A stretch of 63,119 nucleotides of DNA, the filler included, from Stramenopiles sp. TOSAG23-2 (taxonomy: Eukaryota), in the NCBI GenBank assembly GCA_900128395.1. It is 12 parts of 12 records of this genome, joined end to end, with 100 filler letters (N's around TTAATTAATTAA, not from the genome) between each part and the next. Parts side by side here need not be neighbours in the genome. Positions count along the whole stretch, not along the records: positions 54,428 to 60,344 come from LT650560.1; positions 60,445 to 61,732 come from LT653258.1; positions 61,833 to 63,119 come from LT653259.1; 9 more parts are not named here. One strand, 5' to 3'. Shown here piece by piece: positions 54,428 through 63,119 of this stretch (positions are counted from its first letter, which is position 1; every line of letters begins with the position of its first letter). The translations under genes and the position numbers were made by a program. A model generated the notes under the pieces. That model was not told the DNA's origin and searched no databases. It saw only the letters and a list, made by a program, of their open reading frames with translations.

Positions 54428-56491
54428 TCTACCATCACACCAAATAAGAACATCCCTGGTGATTTTAATGCAAATGCCAAAACACCTACACACAATACCG
54501 CATATGGCTTGGGGCAAGCATTGCTGCAGAAGCATGCATCACCAATTGAAATATTTGAGCAATCACCACTACATCGAAATGGTGGGGTAAATATGACCAA
54601 ACTTGGCACCAGCCCAATTGACGTACGCCCAATCATGAATAATGGCATTCCTTCCATCCCAACATTATCCCGTGCAAGCTCATTAGATATATTAAGGTTA
54701 CAGGTAAATGGAGGTGATAAAATATTAAAGATACCACGGAGTGTAAGCCCAAGTAATGGAAAGCCAATGTTGCATCGTGCTTCAACGTCTCCACCTACGA
54801 TATCGCGCTCGAATTCATATACTCATTCAATTAAAAAGAAGAAGAAGAAAGGTAAAAGGGGTGGGAAACAAAATGCAATGCAACAGTCACGAGATGCTAG
54901 AGTCCGTAGAATGAAAGCAGACATGGAGGAACGACGGAAAAAATGCGATGAGAAGCTAAATAATAGTTCGGGTGGTGATAGTGGTAGTGAAAATGGCGGG
55001 AGTGATACTGAATCGTTTGGATCAAATGATCATGGGGAGAGGACAAAAGCCGCAAACTCTCGTCCTATGCGATGCCCATTAATGTTTATTTCTAACCATC
55101 ACATACGGCCTAAAGGTGAAGACGATGCGAAAGAGGAATATCGTTTAAATCCACGTGTTGTTGCAGTATTTCAAAATAGTCAAGCAGTCACATTTACTGC
55201 ACCGTTGCATGATCCAGCTACAATTGACGTCGCATTGCGGGAGAATGAAACAAAAATTATGAATGAGGTAGTAATGCCACGAACGTTTCAAAGGCCGCGT
55301 TGGCTGCGGCCGGAGCACTGGATTATTCAATGTGTTGCAATCACAGTAGACGATAAAGTTGTGCTAGGTCATTCTGGGGATGGACATGTCGGTACTTCTT
55401 CGTTAACCGTGTGGGATGCCACTACTGGCAAGAATCTCCATACGATGTATGGATTAAAGGGTGCCCCATCGGCACTTGTCGCCCTGGATACGAAAATACA
55501 TTCAAACGATGCATTTGTGGTTAGTGGCGATTCGCAGGGCGATTTAAGATTATGGAATGCTACGAATGGCATGTTCGTGGAAAGTGGCTTAGCTTGTGGA
55601 CGTACGAGTGAAGCATTGCCTTTGCAACGAAATGGGAAAATGATTACCAAATTAAAAACTTGCGTTTCACGAGTTGAACATTCATTAGTAGTTACCGTTG
55701 TTGCTGGTAATCTTGACGGCCATGTGTTTGTATGGCATGGAGAAAGTAGGCCGGATAAGCCTGCACTTACATTTAAAAAGCGGGGAACGTTTACATCAAG
55801 TGCGATATCAGCTGTCCGTTCCATCGCAATGGCTACTTGGCAGCGTCCACTGTTACGAATGATTGCCTTTGGAAGTGATGATGGTAATGTCCGATTGTGG
55901 GAATTGCCTGCAATGTATTCAAATAATGAAACTGGATCAATAAATCCTTTGGAAGATAAAGTTATCAAAGCAGCTACTATGGTTGATGATTCTGGGAAGA
56001 AAAAGGCTTGGGACAAATTGTTAAAAGGGCATGATGGTTCCATTACAGCACTTAAAATTGATTTAACAAAAGTTACCAGTGCTAGTGTGGATGGTAGTGT
56101 AAAGCTTTGGGAGGTTGTGGGGAAACATGCCGGTCGATGTTTACGCACTTTAAAACATCCAAAGTTGAAGATGCCTGCATTGTCTTTGTCTGTTGGTGCT
56201 TTGTCTATAACCGTTGGATATCGTGATGGAAGCGTCTACATGTTTTCATTTGGTAAAAATGCGAAGGAGAAGAAACGGCGATCAGAGAAACCAGTTATCG
56301 TGCGCAAGTTGAGTTACAGCAATCGTAAAGGTGGGGTTTCGCCTAACCAACGAAATTCATTGAGAAATAAAAAATATGCTAGGGGTGGAAATAGACGAGG
56401 TTTAAGAGATTTGCAAGCGAAGTGTAGAGACTTAAGTCGCTTGAATAAGCAATTGGGGCATTGCTTTGAATTTGATGATGAAGAGTTATGA
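54428..56491 (+). CDS. WD40-repeat protein, 5' truncated
   Basis: LTVWDATTG, VSGDSQGDLRLWN, GSDDGNVRLWE and LKGHDGSIT...SASVDGSVKLWE; the frame is open from the contig start. Confidence 0.85.
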   Translation, partial: STITPNKNIPGDFNANAKTPTHNTAYGLGQALLQKHASPIEIFEQSPLHRNGGVNMTKLGTSPIDVRPIMNNGIPSIPTLSRASSLDILRLQVNGGDKILKIPRSVSPSNGKPMLHRASTSPPTISRSNSYTHSIKKKKKKGKRGGKQNAMQQSRDARVRRMKADMEERRKKCDEKLNNSSGGDSGSENGGSDTESFGSNDHGERTKAANSRPMRCPLMFISNHHIRPKGEDDAKEEYRLNPRVVAVFQNSQAVTFTAPLHDPATIDVALRENETKIMNEVVMPRTFQRPRWLRPEHWIIQCVAITVDDKVVLGHSGDGHVGTSSLTVWDATTGKNLHTMYGLKGAPSALVALDTKIHSNDAFVVSGDSQGDLRLWNATNGMFVESGLACGRTSEALPLQRNGKMITKLKTCVSRVEHSLVVTVVAGNLDGHVFVWHGESRPDKPALTFKKRGTFTSSAISAVRSIAMATWQRPLLRMIAFGSDDGNVRLWELPAMYSNNETGSINPLEDKVIKAATMVDDSGKKKAWDKLLKGHDGSITALKIDLTKVTSASVDGSVKLWEVVGKHAGRCLRTLKHPKLKMPALSLSVGALSITVGYRDGSVYMFSFGKNAKEKKRRSEKPVIVRKLSYSNRKGGVSPNQRNSLRNKKYARGGNRRGLRDLQAKCRDLSRLNKQLGHCFEFDDEEL

Positions 56492-56965
56492 TAGAGTACG
56501 CTCTAGAGACAAATGTTTTTTTTATAATATTTTACGTAATATTTTTTAAATATTACATTTATTTTAAATATAATTAAAATATATTTATTAAAGTTTATCA
56601 TATCATATCATACGCATAATTTATTTTTTATATTCTACGTACTCATGAATATAATTTAAAAATATAATTTTATATATACTCCTCGTGTATATTATATATA
56701 CGTATATATAAATATAATTTAATTTTTCAGATTTTTTATTCACAAGATCATTTGAACATTTTCACACACCAGCACATTCCAATATTTTACGTGTTTTTTT
56801 TTATTTTTTCGTTTAATTATGTAGAGTTTTCCCCTCAAATAAAAAAATATTGGTTGAAATCTCTGGTCTAAGTACGTATTAGTTGTATACTTCGTTACTA
56901 GAAATATTTACCTGTATAATATGTATATATAAATATATATATATATATATGTTTTAATTTACTAA

Positions 56966-57043
56966 TTTACTCAAAAAATGATAATTCCTACTCTTCAAAA
57001 GAATACAATAACTGTTAGACAATAGTATCTATATCACACTATG
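56966..57043 (+). repeat. Dispersed 3'-flank repeat family A, copy 4
   Basis: ATGATAATTCCTACTCTTCAAAAGAATACAATAACTGTTAGACAATAGTATCTAT. Confidence 0.85.
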
Positions 57044-57092
57044 ATAATGTGTTGTATTTAACATATTATCATATCATATCATAAATCTCTTT

Positions 57093-57731
57093 TCAATATT
57101 TTGACAGGCTGTTTAATTTAAATCGTTCAATTAAGCTATTCCATTGTTCTGTAATTTTAGATTTTAAGTCAGCTTCAGTACCATTATTATCAATAGAAAT
57201 ATCTGCATGTTGCAATCTTTCCTCGTTCGTTATTTGTGATTTAATACGCTTTAATGCTTCGTCTTCAGAAAAATTATTTCTTGCCATGAGACGAAATTTT
57301 GCAATCTCCGGTGCAACCCATGAAATCCAGACTTCATTATACGGCGAATTTTTTTTTGCCCAACCAGCTTCTATCATAACGGCAGCTTCGACTACTAAGA
57401 CGCCTTTCTTATGACTTTCCATTCGACTTTTTAATTCTTTATTTATATGCGGCCATACAATTTTATTCAATTCTTTTAATTTATCCGGAGAACTGAAAAC
57501 GATATCACCTAAAGCAGGGCGATTGAGCTTTCCACTTCCATCACTCAACAAAACACCATTACCAAATGCTTTTACAACATCTTTTAGACAATCAGTTCCA
57601 GGTTCATACACCAAATGTCCAATTTTATCGGCATCAACAATTGTTGCCCCGTACGATTCCATTAATTTCGAAACAGTGGATTTTCCTGATGCAATTCCAC
57701 CAGTCAAACCTATTATCACTTTATCAGGCAT
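57093..57731 (-). CDS. coaE: Dephospho-CoA kinase
   Basis: IIGLTGGIASGKSTV, DADKIGH, LNRPALG, LNKIVWP, EAAVMIEAGW, RLMARN, RIKSQ and IDNNG. Confidence 0.95.
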   Translation of the reverse strand: MPDKVIIGLTGGIASGKSTVSKLMESYGATIVDADKIGHLVYEPGTDCLKDVVKAFGNGVLLSDGSGKLNRPALGDIVFSSPDKLKELNKIVWPHINKELKSRMESHKKGVLVVEAAVMIEAGWAKKNSPYNEVWISWVAPEIAKFRLMARNNFSEDEALKRIKSQITNEERLQHADISIDNNGTEADLKSKITEQWNSLIERFKLNSLSKY

Positions 57732-58609
57732 AGTCTTTTTCCAGACAGTTCTTTTATCTGTGTTTGATTATATTTCTATAAATTCCAGGAGAATGTGTAA
57801 GACCAAGAATTTATACAAAGATAACAAACGTTACTAGCGATATCAAATAAATATGTATCTATCTGCTATAATAGTAACTTTAAACAAGTTAAAAATATAT
57901 CGTAGTGGAAGATCATTCACACATCTCCTCTCTCTCTCTGGCACACCAAACGTGCAAACCTGGCAAACCTCGCACGTATATATTATTATTTACTGGTAAT
58001 AGTGGTAGATTATTATATAGATTGGACGCAGAGTTTAGGCCTACATACGAGGCCTGCTGGCCTGCCCACTGGCCCAGCCGCGACTGATGTACTTTCCTCT
58101 TTCCTGTACTGTACGACGTACTGATGGTTGCTATTATTATTTTCCTTAAAAAAAAAAAATCATGAAAATCAGTTTGTTCTAGCGGGCTAGGTATAAATCC
58201 TTAATAACCTTAAGTACAGTACGTGCGCTCACACAGGAGTTCCCCCCCACAGTTCCTAGAGTTCTCTGTTGTCGCTTCTCTTTTTTTGTAGCTATCAGAG
58301 CTATTCCTACACCTGTTATATTACTGTAATATTAATACATACCGATACCAGGTACTGTATACAAATAGCCTGTATTATGCCAGGTATACCACCTGGTGGT
58401 ATGCTAATGCCAGTAGTATGCAATTTTAAATTCGAAGAACAGTTTAGTTCATTTAGTTATTTAGCACTTATATTATATAATCATAATAATCTACGTACAT
58501 TATGTAGGTACAAAAATGTAATTAAATCGAGGGGAAAGCTTTTTCATACAACTTCAAAATCATTATTATTATTAGTAGTAGTACTATTATTATTTGATTG
58601 TTTTGAATA

Positions 58610-60016
58610 ATGAAAATATTTTGCTTGTCTATTTTAGTTTCTTCCCTTATCTTGATTAGTACTGTACATAGAACAGGCGGAGCGAAAACGTCATTTGGCA
58701 ATCCAACAGTTCCTTCCTCTGGTGGTAGTGCTGGATGTTGGATACAAATTATTCAACAGCCTGTTACACAGAATTCAATTTGCATACATAGTCTTGCCCT
58801 TCATCTGAATCAAGGTACAAATTCAAATCCGCCAAATGCTTTTGAGATACGCGTATATGATGTAAATATATCTTCCAATATTGCAACTTTAAAACGACAA
58901 CGAGATATTACTGTTGATGTTTCCAATCAGGACGAGCAGGTAATTAAATTAGATTCATGTTTAATGGCATATAAAGGTGAATATGTTGGAATAGCAAATC
59001 CACAAGGTGCAATGCGCGATGTGGTAAAAAGCGGTGGCACGCCAAGTTGGAAATATTGGAACAAATTTGAGGGAACATCGAAGGTAATAGGCAGTACATT
59101 TGTTGCTGATAATGAATTTGGTCCAGGAAGCTTGGGTTGGCGCATTGATGCGAATTATTCTACTACAGTGACAACCACGAAAGCACCATTGGTTACTACT
59201 ACTTCCAGTCGCAATACAATACAAACTACCACGAGGAGTGGCAGTAGCGCAATAGAAGCAGTTGTATTTGGCAATCCAACAGTTCCTTCCTCTGGTGGTA
59301 GTGCTGGATGTTGGATACAAATTATTCAACAGCCTGTTACACAGAATTCAATTTGCATACATAGTCTTGCCCTTCATCTGAATCAAGGTACAAATTCAAA
59401 TCCGCCAAATGCTTTTGAGATACGCGTATATGATGTAAATATATCTTCCAATATTGCAACTTTAAAACGACAACGAGATATTACTGTTGATGTTTCCAAT
59501 CAGGACGAGCAGGTAATTAAATTAGATTCATGTTTAATGGCATATAAAGGTGAATATGTTGGAATAGCAAATCCACAAGGTGCAATGCGCGATGTGGTAA
59601 AAAGCGGTGGCACGCCAAGTTGGAAATATTGGAACAAATTTGAGGGAACATCGAAGGTAATAGGCAGTACATTTGTTGCTGATAATGAATTTGGTCCAGG
59701 AAGCTTGGGTTGGCGGATTGATGGATGGAGCAATACGAATGATATCCCATCATTGATAACAACTACACGAGATTTCGACTTAACTTCAGCAGCGACAACT
59801 ACTGGAACAGGTGTTGGGATCTCCAACTTGGTAACTACTACTTTAATTACAGGTATTGTTACGGCAATAAATTTATCACCAGATTCGACACAAACTACCA
59901 CTACAACGGCATCATTTTCTTCCACATTAAGTAGCACTGGCGCAAAATTAATTTATCATGGGGGGAGTACTTATTCTTGTTTGGTGATATTGTTTGTAAT
60001 CTGCTTTTCATATTGA
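58610..60016 (+). CDS. Secreted, probably GPI-anchored surface protein with two identical ~150-aa domains and Thr-rich linkers
   Basis: Signal peptide, duplicated domain, Thr/Ser stalks and a hydrophobic C-terminus. Confidence 0.75.
   Translation: MKIFCLSILVSSLILISTVHRTGGAKTSFGNPTVPSSGGSAGCWIQIIQQPVTQNSICIHSLALHLNQGTNSNPPNAFEIRVYDVNISSNIATLKRQRDITVDVSNQDEQVIKLDSCLMAYKGEYVGIANPQGAMRDVVKSGGTPSWKYWNKFEGTSKVIGSTFVADNEFGPGSLGWRIDANYSTTVTTTKAPLVTTTSSRNTIQTTTRSGSSAIEAVVFGNPTVPSSGGSAGCWIQIIQQPVTQNSICIHSLALHLNQGTNSNPPNAFEIRVYDVNISSNIATLKRQRDITVDVSNQDEQVIKLDSCLMAYKGEYVGIANPQGAMRDVVKSGGTPSWKYWNKFEGTSKVIGSTFVADNEFGPGSLGWRIDGWSNTNDIPSLITTTRDFDLTSAATTTGTGVGISNLVTTTLITGIVTAINLSPDSTQTTTTTASFSSTLSSTGAKLIYHGGSTYSCLVILFVICFSY
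58693..59715. repeat. 450-bp identical direct repeat (period 573 bp)
   Basis: 58693-59142 matches 59266-59715 with no difference seen by eye. Confidence 0.9.
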
Positions 60017-60292
60017 CTGGATTTTCCGTATATATGACATTGTATGATACATCTTGTTTTTTATGCATCATGTTATATGTCGTATATATGCATGTGATAT
60101 ATACGTTCGTATTGTGGATTGATATTACGAAGTACATTTTTATTATACGACTTCATATCGGGGAGGCTGATAAGTATATATAAAATTTTTCTCTTTACTC
60201 ATATATTATACGAAGCGTACACTAGTATATTTAATTTAATTAATGCATAACACTATATTATTTTTTAGTTTATGCGTAATTTATTGTTTTAA

Positions 60293-60344
60293 TTTACTGA
60301 TATGATAATTCCTACTCTTCAAAAGAATACAATAACTGAAATAA
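60293..60344 (+). repeat. Dispersed 3'-flank repeat family A, copy 5 (runs into the contig end)
   Basis: ATGATAATTCCTACTCTTCAAAAGAATACAATAACTGA. Confidence 0.85.
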
Positions 60345-60700
60345 NNNNNNNNNNNNNNNNNNNNNNNNNNNNNNNNNNNNNNNNNNNNTTAATTAATTAA
60401 NNNNNNNNNNNNNNNNNNNNNNNNNNNNNNNNNNNNNNNNNNNNTACTAATTAGTAGACAAATAATACCTAAAATACGATTCCACTTTTCCAGCCTCAGG
60501 CAATAAACACCAATTAGCAGGCGATAGCGCAAGTGGAATTGGAGCGTGGAATTTGAGTGAAGCTTAAACCGTGCGTATATATATAAACGATATGACATGT
60601 AATCATCTTTTTTTTTTTAGAAACACTCAATACGTTATATGTATAATATCGTTGTTGTTGCATATATATATACATATATATATATATGTATGACGTGTGA

Positions 60701-61732
60701 TTATGTTTCACGGATCCAAACGATACCAGATAATTTAAAAAAGCAATGTTCGCATTTCACATCTTCATCATCAATGATACCATTTTTAAAATCAATTTTT
60801 CTACTAGTATTATTATCATTATTACTATTGTTACTATTATTATTTTCATAGTTACGAATTTCAATCCTACGTCGTTTGTTATTGTGTGCCATCATATTAT
60901 TATTATTCCTTTTAAATTTACTTGGTGTTTTCCCAGGACTAAAGATCAATAAATTATTTTCAATTTTACTTTTAACTATTTTATATTCACTACAATGTAT
61001 ATGTTCTTCTTCTTTTGTTATATAATCTTCAATGATTTTAATTTTAACTTTGTTGTTATTCTCCATCATATTATTTGTGATTATGATGGCTGCTTTTCTC
61101 ATTTTTTTCTCAATATATTTTTGATTATCTTGTTTTAATTTACATTTTTGAAAATATAACGGCGCAGTTGATGTATTAGCCTGCACAGATAAGAGTGATA
61201 CTCCGTGTCGATATATTTCTCCATTATCAACTGTGCATGGAACAATAATAATACAATTTCTTTCCATTGCATTACGCACGCCTCTTTCCGTATCATACAT
61301 TGCCCCATCAAACGTTAGACGGTTGTCTGTTACTAATCCATCAGTAGGTGGAACAACTGAAATTGCGCTGACAGTGGCAACAAACCTATCACCCCAAAAA
61401 AATGTTTGTGCGACTAACGTACGCCACATTGTATTTAAATCATTCACACTAAAATATTGAGCCCAAAATCCATGATCATGAATTTTTTTGCCCCCACTGT
61501 ACATTACGCACGCCTCTTTCCGTATCATACATTGCCCCATCAAACGTTAGACGGTTATCTGTTAATAATCCATCAGTAGGTGGAACAACTGAAATTGCGC
61601 TGACCGTGGCAACAAACCTATCACCCCAAAAAAATGTTTGTGCAACTAATGTACGCCACATTGTATTTAAATCATTTACACTAAAATATTGAGCCCAAAA
61701 TCCATGATCATAAATTTTTTTGCCCCCACTGT
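60701..61732 (-). CDS. Hypothetical protein, 5' truncated, interrupted by a 232-bp diverged duplication
   Basis: ORFs 60701..61543 and 61476..61661 share the peptide MWRTLVAQTFFWGDRF...ERGVRN. Confidence 0.55.
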
Positions 61733-61995
61733 NNNNNNNNNNNNNNNNNNNNNNNNNNNNNNNNNNNNNNNNNNNNTTAATTAATTAANNNNNNNNNNNN
61801 NNNNNNNNNNNNNNNNNNNNNNNNNNNNNNNNTTCTTGCGATTGAGTATTGAGCATATTACTTAACACGAGAAGTGTAAAAATATTACGTATAACTTTTA
61901 GATTTTAACCATCATTTTTATTATACGATATCATACTGTATATATGAGAGAATTTTTATGATAATACAAATTAAAATACGAATGCGCTTCTCTAC

Positions 61996-63119
61996 CTACT
62001 TCTTCGGATGATTCTCCAATGGTAAACCAATATGATCGATCACATTACACGTTTTCGGCTCTTCCACCTTTACCTTTTCGCATTTCCAACAATAACTACC
62101 AGTTAAATCCGTACAACAATAACAATTACAAAATTTATTTTCATTTCTTAATTGAAATGCACGGTCTGCACAGATAGCATCGCATCCCATGCTTCTACAT
62201 GACTTTAACGAATGTACATTTTGTCGCAACGATGGCCCGCTTGGTGGTGGATTATCACCACCACTACCCATCAATCTCTTTGCATCCTTAATAACTTTTG
62301 CATCAACACCTTCTGCTGCAGCCTCTTGACTTGCTTGGGCATCTTTATCAGGCAATTGTGGCTCCGGTGATGGTATACCAGGTGGCTCTGGTTCTGGTGG
62401 TTTCGGCATTCCTGGCTTTGGTTTTTTTGGTGATTGTGGTAATTTACCAGATGGTGGTGGTGGTGGTTCTGGTGGCGCTGGTCCAGAAATACTAGAATTA
62501 CTAGAATTACCAGGTGCTGGTGGTTCACTCTTACTATCTTCAGGAGGTGGTGGAGGTGGCGGCTCATTCTTCTCCTCTTTTGGTTTTATCGATTCATCTT
62601 CCTTATCTAAAGCTTTCTTTTTCATTGTAGCTTTTGCTGCATCAGCAATTGCTTTACCAAATTTCGCAACAGCAAAAATCATATCTTTTTCAGCTTGATA
62701 TTTAGCTGCACGAACACCGGTCAAAGCATGGCAGTCTATAGAATTTAATGTGGTTGCATCAGGTTGTTCTGGGCATTTGCATCCAAATAAATCATATGGT
62801 ATACACGGTGCACCTTCTTTCAATCCAAATGGTACGCCTGGCTTTTCATGGACATCAGGGGCATCTCGATTAGGTGCATCTTCATCTGGTTTTCCTACAT
62901 TTAATTGTGCTTTTTTCATCTCTTCCAATGCTTTCTGATGTTTTCTTTTTGCTTTTTCCTCATTTAATTTAGCACGGCAAATAGGCCAATCTTCCTCTTT
63001 GTTATTTGCCTGTCTCAATTGAAGATCTCGTATTTGTAATTTTGACCTTGTATGTTCCACATCGGATTTTTTAGTCAAAATAGTTGCCATTTCAAACACT
63101 TCCTTCGCTGTATCTGTTC
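61996..63119 (-). CDS. Proline-rich protein with a Cys-rich C-terminus, 5' truncated
   Basis: Frame open to the window end; poly-Pro tracts; CRSMGCDAIC...CNCYCC...CWKCE. Confidence 0.65.
   Translation of the reverse strand, partial: TDTAKEVFEMATILTKKSDVEHTRSKLQIRDLQLRQANNKEEDWPICRAKLNEEKAKRKHQKALEEMKKAQLNVGKPDEDAPNRDAPDVHEKPGVPFGLKEGAPCIPYDLFGCKCPEQPDATTLNSIDCHALTGVRAAKYQAEKDMIFAVAKFGKAIADAAKATMKKKALDKEDESIKPKEEKNEPPPPPPPEDSKSEPPAPGNSSNSSISGPAPPEPPPPPSGKLPQSPKKPKPGMPKPPEPEPPGIPSPEPQLPDKDAQASQEAAAEGVDAKVIKDAKRLMGSGGDNPPPSGPSLRQNVHSLKSCRSMGCDAICADRAFQLRNENKFCNCYCCTDLTGSYCWKCEKVKVEEPKTCNVIDHIGLPLENHPKK

Noticed and set aside
55369-56148. 259-aa antisense ORF and the many other short overlapping ORFs
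   Set aside because: They are shadows of real genes on the opposite strand or AT-rich intergenic noise, with no recognisable motifs.
5961-61832. Regularly spaced TTAATTAATTAA motif every ~6 kb
   Set aside because: It is an artificial linker with stops in all frames, embedded in N runs between size-sorted contigs. It is not a biological repeat, and gene neighbourhoods across it are meaningless.
1-63119. CRISPR array, tRNA, rRNA or spliceosomal snRNA genes
   Set aside because: No repeat-spacer periodicity and no recognisable tRNA, rRNA or U1/U2/U4/U5/U6 signature was found by eye.
1-63119. Alternative genetic code or selenoprotein
   Set aside because: Conserved genes translate fully in the standard code and end in TAA, TAG or TGA at the expected positions (coaE ends in TGA). 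No conserved gene needs readthrough.

Overview
This is AT-rich, intron-poor eukaryotic DNA read in the standard genetic code. It is probably a heterotrophic marine protist, possibly a stramenopile: it has a mitochondrial-type ALA synthase, PP5, NOG1, RRS1 and a GT-AG intron with a CTAA branch site. The window is not one locus. It is 12 unrelated contigs (ten of about 5.9-6.0 kb in descending size, then two of about 1.3 kb) joined by artificial N44-TTAATTAATTAA-N44 linkers, so gene adjacency only counts within a contig. About 27 protein genes can be supported. Most interesting: (1) an Hv1-type proton channel with a Tudor-like domain in its S2-S3 loop that resembles the nine Tudor repeats of the neighbouring gene, and which lacks the S4 signature Trp; (2) a channel with 14 WD40 repeats, ankyrin repeats and a TRP-like pore; (3) an ALKBH5-like demethylase with five zinc fingers; (4) a recurrent RR(R)L(L) processing motif in secreted or extracellular regions; (5) a PX-pseudo-nucleotidyltransferase-LOTUS-like protein; (6) position-specific intergenic sequence, with TACG/CGTA-rich 3' flanks carrying two dispersed motif families and CAG/CTG micro-repeats on 5' sides; (7) two adjacent ~266-bp elements with long inverted ends. 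Several exact tandem duplications and frameshifts look like assembly artefacts. All domain calls come from motif recognition by eye, not from database searches.
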